Positions 53,461 through 64,000 of a stretch of 64,000 nt of DNA are shown here, in pieces. This DNA is from Octopus vulgaris (taxonomy: Eukaryota), in NCBI GenBank assembly GCA_951406725.2, contig OX597832.1, forward strand, positions 39,680,001 to 39,744,000, read 5' to 3'. Under the pieces are notes generated by a model that saw only the letters and a list, made by a program, of their open reading frames with translations, was not told the origin of the DNA and searched no databases. A program made the position numbers and the translations under genes. The stretch's first letter is position 1; every line of letters starts with the position of its first letter.

Positions 53461-55440
53461 AGCCATGACTGGACCATGGTCCTATTGCATCAGGGCTTGC
53501 CATGACTGGACTATGGTCCTGTTGCATCAAGGCTAGCCATGATTGGACCGTGGTCCTATTGCATCAGGATTTGCCATGACTAGATCATGGTCCTCTTGCA
53601 TCAGGACTTGCCATGACTGGACTATGGTCCTATTGCATCAGGGCTTGCTATGACTGGACCATGGTCCTATTGCATCAGGGCTTGCTATGATTGAACCATG
53701 GTCCTATTGCATCAGAGCTTGCTATGACTGGACTATGGTCCTATTGCATGAGGGCTTGCTATGACTGAACTATGGTCCTATTGCATCAGGGCTTGCCATG
53801 ACTGGACTATGGTCCTATTGCATCAGAGCTTGCTATGACTGGACCATGGTCCTATTGCATCAGGGCTTGCCATGACTGAACCATGGTCCTATTACATCAG
53901 GGCTTGCCATGACTGGACTATGGTCCAATTGCATCAGGGCTTGCTATGACTTGACTATGGTCCTATTGCATCAGGGCTTGCCATGACTGGACCATGGTCC
54001 TATTGCATCAGGGCTTGCCATGACTGGACTATGGTCCTATTGCATCAGAGCTTGCTATGACTGGACCATGGTCCTATTGCATCAGAGCTTGCCATTACTG
54101 GACCATGGTCCTATTGCATCAGGGCTTGCCATGACTGGACCATGGTCCTATTTCATCAGGACTTGCCATGACTGGACCATGGTCCTATTGCATCAGGGCT
54201 TGCCATGTCTGGACTATGGTCCTATTGCATCAAGGCTTGCCATGACTGGACCATGGTCCTATTGCATCAGGGCTTGCCATGACTGGACCATGGTCCTATT
54301 GCATCAGGGCTAACCATGACTGGACCATGGTCCTGTTGCATCAGGGCTTGCCATGACTGGACTATAGTCCTATTGCATCAGATCTTGCTATGACTGGACC
54401 ATGGTCCTATTGCATCAGAGCTTGCTATGACTGGACCATGGTCCTATTGCATCAAGGCTTGCTATGACTGGACTATGGTCCTATTGCATCAGGACTTGCC
54501 ATGACTGGACCATGGTCCTGTTGCATCAGGGCTTGCCATGACTGGACTATGGTCCTATTGCATCAGGGCTTGCCATGACTGGACCATGGTCCTATTGCAT
54601 CAGGGCTTGCCATGACTGGACTATGGTCCTATTGCATCAGGGCTTGCCATGACTGGACCATGGTCCTATTGCATCAGGGCTTGCCATGACTGGACTATGG
54701 TCCTATTGCATCAGGGCTTGCCATGACTGGACCATGGTCCTATTGCATCAGGGCTTGCCATGACTGGACTATGGTCCTATTGCATCAGGGCTTGCCATGA
54801 CTGGACCATGGTCCTATTGCATCAGGGCTTGCCGTGACTGGACCATGGTCCTATTGCATCAGGGTTTGCCATGACTGGACCATGGTCCTATTGCATCAGG
54901 GCTTGCCATGACTGGACCATGGTCCTATTGCATCAGGGCTTGCCATGACTGGACCATGGTCCTATTTCATCAGGACTTGATGGTCCTATTGCATGAGGGC
55001 TTGCCATGACTGGACTATGGTCCTATTGCATCAGGGCTTGCCATGACTGGACATAGTTCGCTGCATCAGGGCTTGCCATGACTGGACCATGGTCCTATTG
55101 CATCAGGGCTTGCCATGACTGGACCATGGTCCTATTGCATCAGGGCTAACCATGATTGGATCATGGTCCTATTGCATCAAGGCTTGCCATGACTGGACCA
55201 TGGTCCTGTTGCATCAGGGCTTGCCATGACTGGACTATGGTCCTATTGCATCAGAGCTTGCTATGACTGGACCATGGTCCTATTGCATCAGAGCTTGCTA
55301 TGACTGGACCATGGTCCTATTGCATCAGGGCTTGCCATGACTGGACTATGGTCCTATTGCATCAGGGCTTGCCATGACTAGACCATGGTCCTATTGCATC
55401 AGGGCTTGCCATGATTGGATCATAGTTCTGCTGCATCAGG
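53461..55440. repeat. 37-bp minisatellite (gccatgactggaccatggtcctattgcatcagggctt), about 53 units
   Basis: Direct reading; ORF 54020-54313 repeats every 37 aa (three units), confirming the period. Confidence 0.98.
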
Positions 55441-56241
55441 GCAGGTCAAATAACAAGAACAACAATACTATCTTGTTTGTAAAGACAAGACACGGAGCTT
55501 TTTTCATTTTTTTAAGGCAAAGCTTTTTGTAATTCGAAACTTTTTGAGTCGTTCCAAAGAACGAAACACACACACACATACACACACATACACACACATA
55601 CACACACACATACACACCCCTACACACACATATACATATAAAAACACACTCATACACATATGTAAACACATACACACATATATACAAACGCGTACATGCA
55701 TGCATATACATACACATACGCATACTCACGCACATACACCCACGCATACATACACATATACACATACACATGCACACACGCAATCATGCACACACACATA
55801 CTGACACTCACTTACACGCACACACACCCACGTATACACATACATACACGCACGAAATAACACACATACATACATATACATACACACACATGCACGCATA
55901 CATACTTTCTCTCCTTCTCTCTTTCTCTCTTTCTTTCCTTCTCTCTTTCTCTCTTTCTTTCCTTCTCTCCTTCTCTCTTTCTCTCCTTCTCTCTTTCTCT
56001 CTTTCTCTCCTTCTCTCTTTCTCTCTTTCTTTCCTTCTCTCCTTCTCTCTTTCTCTCCTTCTCTCTTTCTCTCTTTCTTTCCTTTTCTCTTTCTCTCTCT
56101 CCCTCTTTCACACACACACACACACACACACATACTGATACTCACTTATACGCATACACATCCACGTATACACATACATACACACACGAAATAACACACA
56201 TACACACATATACATACATACATACTTTCTCTCCTTCCCTC

Positions 56242-56294
<53 letters not shown>

Positions 56295-56324
56295 TTCACA
56301 GCATTCAAGTTGGTTCTGTATGTG

Positions 56325-56366
<42 letters not shown>

Positions 56367-57019
56367 GAGAAAAAGAAAAGCGATGAAGGAGGAGAGGAAG
56401 GAGACGGAGGAGCAGGAACTGAAGATTCCAAACGAGGTTTGATTTTTGAACATCTTCCATTTCCATTAAAACATGCACAACATATTCTGGTTTGTTCCAA
56501 CACGCTCAGAAGCCAGATCTCTTCTTTGAAATATTTAAGACGTTGTGCTAAGTCGGCATTCTTGCATGGCGTATATTGATTGGATTTAGCGTGAGAACTA
56601 AGAAACGCCATTACAATTTACCAGAAAACACCTTTATCGAAGAATCCCAGGAATTTTTTTTTTTCCCCCTTTTTATTATTATTATTATTAATCCTTTTGG
56701 GAGTTAAGATCAGTATTTCAATAAAATGCTATAACTCTTCCTTTTTTACTCTTTCTTCGTTTCTTTCTTTTTTTTCTTTTTCTTTTTTTTCTTTTTCGTA
56801 ATTAGAATAGTTTTTAGAAGTGTCGAGATGGAATGGTAAAAAATATTAAAAAAAAAAGAAAAGAATCAAATGAATGCAACAAACAAAACTTTTTTTTGTT
56901 TGTTGAATGTTTTCTCATAACAAACTCAGCACAAATTATTCTCACCAATTCAGTTTTGAAAACAGAAGAAAGGAGACTGATAATATATGTTTTGTGCACG
57001 CGCGCCTGTGCATATATAT

Positions 57020-57075
<56 letters not shown>

Positions 57076-57217
57076 ATATACAGATACATCTAGCTAATAT
57101 ATATGGATATGTATAAATGCATAAATCTACACACATGTATATATATATATATATGCACATATATATATATATATATATAACGCACACACAGACGCACACA
57201 TAAATATATATATATAC

Positions 57218-57270
<53 letters not shown>

Positions 57271-57336
57271 AATATATATATGTATGTATGTATGTATGTA
57301 TACGTATATATACATATATACTCACACATACATGTA

Positions 57337-57378
<42 letters not shown>

Positions 57379-57819
57379 GTTCTTGTTTGCTTCTTTCGTT
57401 TGTTTTTAACCGTTTCCCAAATCCCAAAGATATGTAGGGTTTTGAGCTTAAATTTGTATTCTTGGAGGATGTTGTATGCACGCGCGCGCGCGTGTGTCTG
57501 TGTGTGTGTGTTGTTTAGATAAATTCATTCGTTTCTTTTCAATGTTATTTGAATTAACATGAAAAATAAGTCTTATTATAGTATTTTATGAGAGATGTTT
57601 TGTAGCTCTATCCCTCTTGTACACCTTTTGTTTATTGTCATTTAAATTTGAATAAAATTTTACCTCTTTCCAGGCATATGATGATGGAGTACAATGTAGA
57701 TAAAAAATGAGCATTTTCAACGCCTGCTCTCTCTTCGCTCACAAGCAATGTTCCAAAGTAGCCAGTCCCTATCCAGATATTTGTGCTATGTACGAAGAAA
57801 GTGTAATTACTAAATGAAC

Positions 57820-58102
57820 TGCACTGGGGTCGATGTAATCGACTTAATCCGTTTGTCTGTCCTTGTTTGTCCCCTGTGTTTAGCCCCTTGTGGGCAATAA
57901 AGAAATAAGAAACGTTAGCACGCCAGGCAAAATATTTAGCGGCATTTCGTCCGACTTTACGTTCTGAGTTCAAATTCCACAGAGGTCTTTCATCCCTTTG
58001 AGGGTCAATAAAATAAGAAGCAGTTAAGTACTGGGATCGATGCAATTGACGTATCCCCTCCCCACAAATTGCTAGCTTTGTTCCAAAATTTGAAACCAAT
58101 AT
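57820..58102 (+). mobile_element. SINE A dimer remnant
   Basis: Tail of one unit joined to a second body. Confidence 0.8.
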
Positions 58103-58297
58103 TCTCAAACGGTTGTTATAAACAGTAGTAGCTCCCAGACTCGCCAAATTCATTGTTATATTACGCATCTGCTGCCTAATCATATTATTTGTCATTTATT
58201 GCACTCTCAAGGACTCAATTCTAGAATTGTGTTAAAAGTCCGTGAGTTAATTCAATGAACGAGTAATTCAAACTCCATTTACAATGCGTGAACGCGC

Positions 58298-58367
<70 letters not shown>

Positions 58368-58454
58368 GTAACAAACGTCATACATTTTCCAAAGACTGAT
58401 GTATTCCAGAGATTTTCCAACAACAGTTCCAGTCATTTTCTCCCAATTTTTTTA

Positions 58455-58660
58455 TCTTCTTACCTGTTTCAGTCATTGGACTGCGGCCATACTAGGGCAA
58501 CACCTTGAAAGGTTTTGTCGAACAAATCGACCCCAGTATTAATTTTTTTCTTCAAGCCTGGTAGGTGGTCCATAGGTTTGTTTGGCAGAATCGCTGTTAT
58601 AGGACGTAAACGAATCAACAGCAGTTATCTAGCGGTGGTGTGGAACTAACACAAGGAAAC
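58455..58660 (-). mobile_element. SINE B tail half, diverged
   Basis: tgtttcagtcattggactgcggccat...caaatcgacccc. Confidence 0.75.
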
Positions 58661-58734
58661 ACACGCACACACGCACGCACACACGCACACACACACGCAC
58701 ACACACATGTGTGACCTCAGTCGGTCAAGAGACG

Positions 58735-59300
58735 GTGAACTGCAACCACCACCACGACCACAGCAACCACCAACACCACCACACCCACTACCACCGCCAC
58801 CACTATAACCATCACAACCACCACCGCCACCATCACAACAAACATTACTACAATCACCACCACCGCCACCACTATAACCACCACAACCAACACCACCACC
58901 ACCACAACTACCACAAGCACCACCACAACCATCACCACCCTCCCCCACTATCACCACCATTATCACCAGTACCACCACCACCACCATCACAACAAACATT
59001 ACTACAACTACCACCACCGCCACCACTATAACCACCACAACCAACACCACCACCACCACAACTACCACAAGCACCACCACAACCATCACCACCCTCCCCC
59101 ACTATCACCACCATTACCACCAGTACCACCACCACCACCAGCACTTTTGCCCTCACAACCACCACCCTCCAATCACCACCACAACTACCACACCTACAAC
59201 CATATCTCCCCAGTCGACCATCACAAACTCATCGCTCATACCACCGCCACAACGCTCCCTACCATCACACACACACTCCCCCACCACCACCACCACCGCT
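58735..59300. repeat. Degenerate (CAC/AAC)n tract with internal block duplications
   Basis: Direct reading; the His-, Gly- and Val-rich ORFs here are artefacts. Confidence 0.9.
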
Positions 59301-59680
59301 GTCCCAATCACCAGAATTAACCACTACCACCGGCACCAATGTTGACAATACAAAACGGTTCCTGTAATTTTAGAACCATTGTTATTAGCGAAGGCGAAAT
59401 CCGAAAGAGACAAAAAGATTTTCTCTTCGCGAAAAATCTAAAACCGGAATTTACTTAATTTCCTAATGTTTAGATTTTATAATAAAGCTATAAATTGTGT
59501 GTGCGTGTGTGTGTCTGTGTGTCTGCATATATATACATATATATATGTGTGTGTAAGTATATATGTGTATGTATATACATATATATATATACATATATAT
59601 ATATACATATATATATATACATATATATACATATATATACATATATATATACATATATATACATATATATATATATACAT

Positions 59681-59998
59681 AGAAATATTAAAATTACTAA
59701 GTCTCTCTAAAGGAGATTACGGCAGCGTTACTGGATATTAATAGTTATCGCCAAACTAATATGGCAGTCCATAAATACAAGACTAAAGCTGTCGCTGATT
59801 AGCTCCATGAGGCCGTCGCCTCTAGCTAGCTATATGACACACGAACCTGCGTCCATTACAACCTTCGAACAGGGGAGGTCAGCCGCTTCACTTTGCTGGT
59901 CAGACATCTGCAGACATGTTTCAGGTTTGTTGCCCTTTATCAATGCAGCTTTAGTCTTATATTTATGGACTGCCATATTAGTTTGGCGATAACTATTA
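59681..59998 (-). mobile_element. Penelope-like insertion (family P6) in (TA)n, with 53-bp inverted repeats at 59739-59791 and 59946-59998
   Basis: The arms differ by one base; a hammerhead abuts the right arm. Confidence 0.8.
59908..59948 (-). ncRNA. Minimal type I hammerhead, U3-A8 covariant core
   Basis: Minus strand: ctgca TTGATAA agg gcaacaaa cct GAAAC at GTC tgcag; palindromic stem III ACATGT and GUC cleavage triplet. Confidence 0.8.
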
Positions 59999-60178
59999 TT
60001 ATATATATATATATACATTTATATATATACACATATAGATATATATAGATTAATATACATATAGATACATATAGATATATATTGATAGAAATGGCAAGAC
60101 AAAAAAAGGATGAAAGAGACCCCAATATTATGTAAATAGAGAAATTTATCGGTAAATATAATATTTTTTCGATGACCC

Positions 60179-60239
60179 GATAACTGAAGAGATGCCGGGG
60201 TGGGTTTCCATCCCGACATCCGAAAATCTGAGTTTTATC
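60179..60239 (+). ncRNA. Hammerhead motif with long stem II (family P7, element ~60075-60285)
   Basis: gataa CTGAAGA gatgccggggtgg gttt ccatcccgacatc c GAAA atctga GTT ttatc; stem I gataa/ttatc; one mismatch in stem III. Confidence 0.75.
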
Positions 60240-60307
60240 ATGGCTACCGAAAAATTGTCACATTATAGTTACAGATATATACATAAATATATATATGTAT
60301 ACACATA

Positions 60308-60553
60308 TTGCTATATTTCGGGACGGTCATTTTTTTTCTTGTCAAATAAACACACGCACTATATATTCGTTCTTCACACGTTCATTATTGTTCTTATTTT
60401 ATCTTATGTCCATCGTCTGGAAATCTTTCGTCACACGTCCGTGACCTCTCCATCGACTCTTGCATCTTACGTGTCTCTTCCTGTTCTGTTTTGTCCATTT
60501 TGTCTGTCTATGGTGTGTATCCTTATATGCGCATGCGTTTGCGCCTGTAGCTC

Positions 60554-60620
<67 letters not shown>

Positions 60621-60860
60621 GTGTATGTTTTGAACGTGTGCTTTGCACGTGTGTGTACGGCTGTGTTTACAATATCGTTCGTATCAGTACCCTTTATACT
60701 AGTATTTTTGTTTTCATTTATTTACTTATTTGTCTCTGTTTTTTTTTTATCATCTTACGTATGTATATGCGTGTCTTTTGTGAGTGCGCATATCGATGTA
60801 TGTATTATACTTTTTGCATCAATCTCTTTTTTTTTATTCCTTTCTGTCATATATATATAT
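60308..60860 (-). mobile_element. Diverged P1-related pLTR with a decayed hammerhead (~60416-60460)
   Basis: Same layout as P1; minus strand ...ggaga g gtcac ggacgt gtgac GAAA gatttc. Confidence 0.6.
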
Positions 60861-60925
60861 GCGTGTGTGTGTGTGTAGTGAGAGGGGGAGAGAGAGAAAA
60901 AGTTACACAGATTCACACGCATACG

Positions 60926-60968
<43 letters not shown>

Positions 60969-60986
60969 TCAGACATAGATTGATGA

Positions 60987-61027
<41 letters not shown>

Positions 61028-61369
61028 CACGCACATACAGGCACAGACCAACTTACACAAAAAAAAACACCAGCACCTGTACCGTGTGTTCTAAAAGGAC
61101 CCTGAATTTAAATAAATTACACATAAATATTAAAATATTCTATTTGCATAATAAACCACAATTTAAAAGGTTATGTTTTCTAGGTTAAAAATAAGCAATT
61201 ACTCATAAATATTTTGTTTTTTTCATTTGCATAGTAAATTGTAATTTAGAAGTTACCTTTCCATATTTATAATGAGCAAAATCTATCGGTGATATTGGAA
61301 ACAGTTATTTCGCACAGAAGTTCAATTCCACGGTTCACAACAAGAGTGAGATTGAGGAAAGATTGTGTA

Positions 61370-61407
61370 TCTTTCTGTCGAAGAGCGTAGGCTCGAAACA
61401 TAAAAGA
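61370..61407 (+). ncRNA. Minimal hammerhead-like motif with core CUGUCGA (family P8, element ~61290-61500)
   Basis: tcttt CTGTCGA a gagc gtag gctc GAAAC ATA aaaga; stems I and II are perfectly paired. Confidence 0.65.
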
Positions 61408-61622
61408 CTTTTTTCTATTCCTGAGTGCCATACTAATACATTTGTTTGTTTGTACTCCACCTGCCTTCGTCTTTTGTTTATTTTCGTAAACTTTCCCGTT
61501 AGATATATATATATATTTAAAATAATGAGGGTGAAAAATTGAATATTAATTTGATTAATATCAATTTAAAACCAGTGGTCTAGCATATAGAAAAATCTGA
61601 AGATTCAGAAAAATTACATAAT

Positions 61623-61699
<77 letters not shown>

Positions 61700-61701
<2 letters not shown>

Positions 61702-61952
61702 TACGTAACCGACCAGACCATCAGATGTTGTTACACATCGCTGGTCACAATGCGTTCGCATTGTTTTAGCCTTCGAATGACGCCATCCCGCTGGCTAAGC
61801 AAGCAGGCCAACAGAAGAAAGACTGAGAGAAACAGTGGTGAAAGAGTACAGCAGGTATCACCACCCCCTGTCGGAGCCCCGTGGAGCTTTTAGGTATTTT
61901 CGCTCAATAAACATTCACAACGCCCGGTCTGGGAATCGAAACCGCGATCCTA
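61700..61952 (-). mobile_element. SINE with family C head/central region but a different 3' tail
   Basis: 61820-61952 is the reverse complement of ~535-690; 61700-61815 does not align to 700-887. Confidence 0.85.
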
Positions 61953-62341
61953 CATACGCACGTGCATATGTATATATGGATGAATAGATATGTACGTGTG
62001 CGTGTGTGTGTGTTTCTGTGTATGTGTGTGTGTGTATGTGTGTGTGCAGATATGCGTATGGATTTGTGTGGTCATAAAACGTTTACAGTAGCGTTATGCA
62101 TACATGCTTATGTAACTTATGTGTGTACGATCCATACAAACACACACACATATATGTATTTGAATGTATATAAAAAGTATATATACGTGTGTGTGTGTGT
62201 AAGTATGTATGTGGGTGGGGGGGGGTGTACACATATATATAAAACTGAGGTAAGAGAAATAAATCAGTGACCAGTGACAAATATTTAAAAATAGACACTC
62301 TCACACATACACACATACACACATACATATATATATACATA

Positions 62342-62383
<42 letters not shown>

Positions 62384-62606
62384 TATGCATATATATACAT
62401 ATATATGTATGTGTATATATATATATGTGTGTGTATATATATATATATATATATACATATTCATATATATATATGCATACATTCATATTCATATATATAT
62501 ACATACACACACATACACACATGTATATATATGTATATATACATACACACACATACACACATGTATATATACATACACATACACACATGAAATATATGTA
62601 TATTTA

Positions 62607-62683
<77 letters not shown>

Positions 62684-63184
62684 TATATACATATATACAT
62701 ATACATACATATATATATGCATATAGGAGAGTATATACAGGCATATATATATAAATGGGTAGACATTTAATTCATACGTAAGGTTATCTAAGAAGTACAT
62801 TTACGGCATTTTGCAATATCGTCAATGAATGTTCATAAATATTGCTTAAATTCTCAATAGTCAAATTACATTGATAGAACTAAATCCTGGTCCCTTTCTT
62901 CCTAACCTATCGCTCTCCCTTCACCCCCACCCCACCCCCATCCCCCGCTCACCTTTTCTATCGATGAAGTTGTATACTCGGTGATTAACGAACTCTATTC
63001 AGAAACATCTTTTGGGGAAAGATTTCCAACATGCGACCTGCTCAATGGCGACCTTGGTTCACGAGGTTTCTTTCGTCCATTATTGGCAGATTGGTTGGCT
63101 TGATGGCTGGTTGGGGTAGGTGGGTGGATGTCTGGGTCGGTCGGTTTGTTTGTATGCTGATTGATGACTTGGTTTCGTGAGTGA

Positions 63185-64000
63185 CTGGGTTGTTTGGCTG
63201 GTTGGTTTGTTACTTGGTTCATTGCTTGTTTGGACTTTTGGTTGATCGATTTATCGGTTGGTTGGTTGGTTGGTTGGTTGGTTGGTTGGTTGGTTTGTTG
63301 GTTGGTTGGTTGGTTGGTTGGTTGGTTGATTGGTTGGCTGGTTGGTTGGTTGGTTGGCTGGCTGTTTGTTTGGTTGGTTGGTTGGTTGGTTGGTTAGTTG
63401 GTTGGTTGGTTGGCTTGTTGGTTGGTTGGTTGATTGGTTGGTTGGTTGGTTGGTTGGCTGGGTGTTTGGTTGCTTGGTTGGTTAGTTGGTTAGTTGGTTG
63501 GTTGGTTGGTTGGTTTGTTGCTTGGTTGATTTGTTGGTTGGTTGGTTGGCTGGTTGTTTGGTTGGTTGGTTGGTTGGTTGGTTGGTTGGTCGGTCGATTT
63601 ATCGGTTGGTTGGCTGGTTGGTTGGTTGGTTGGTTGGTTGGCTGGTTGTTTGGTTGGTTGGTTGGTTGGTTGGTTGGTCGATTTATCGGTTGGTTGGCAG
63701 TTTGGTTGGTTGGTTGGTTGGCTGGTTGGTTGGTTGGTTGATTGGTTGGTTGGTTGATTGGTTGGTTGGTTGGTTGGTTGGTTGGTTGGTTGGTTGGTTG
63801 GTTGATTGGTTGTTTGGTTGGTTGGTTTGTTTGTTGGTTGGTTGGTTGGTCGATTTGTTGGTTGGTTGGTTGGTTGGTTAGTTGGTTGGTTGGTTGGTTG
63901 GTTTGTTGGTTGGTTGGTTGGTCGATTTATCGGTTGATTGGTTGGTTGGTTGTTTGGTTGGTTGATTGGTTGGTTGGTTGGCTGGTTGGTTGATTGATTG
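63185..64000. repeat. Degenerate (GGTT)n microsatellite with a recurrent ggtcgatttatc variant
   Basis: Direct reading of the sequence. Confidence 0.97.

Noticed and set aside
53461-55440. 37-bp palindromic repeats suggestive of a CRISPR array
   Set aside because: The units are directly adjacent with no unique spacers, there are no cas genes, and the context is eukaryotic.
63185-64000. G/T-rich terminal repeat resembling a telomere
   Set aside because: The unit is degenerate GGTT, not TTAGGG; an ordinary tetranucleotide microsatellite.

Overview
AT-rich, microsatellite-saturated eukaryotic DNA. The SINE families look like those of octopus (coleoid cephalopod); this is inferred from recognition, not from a search. 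I found no intact host protein-coding gene: nearly all ORF-track entries are translations of simple repeats. The window is a mosaic of four tRNA-derived SINE families and decayed transposon fragments: mariner, hAT-like, Helentron Rep with HINE-like derivatives, R4/Dong-like, RTE, Tx1/L1-like and Penelope GIY-YIG. It also holds two large minisatellites (21/24 bp and 37 bp units) and a young 3.2-copy array of an ~845 bp unit inserted in (TA)n. The most notable signal is about 15 minimal type I hammerhead ribozyme motifs from at least 8 distinct repeat families, including three with the U3-A8 core covariation. They are often arranged as inverted pairs, often truncated right at the ribozyme, and twice physically linked to Penelope endonuclease coding sequence. 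Coordinates were counted by eye and may be off by a few bases.
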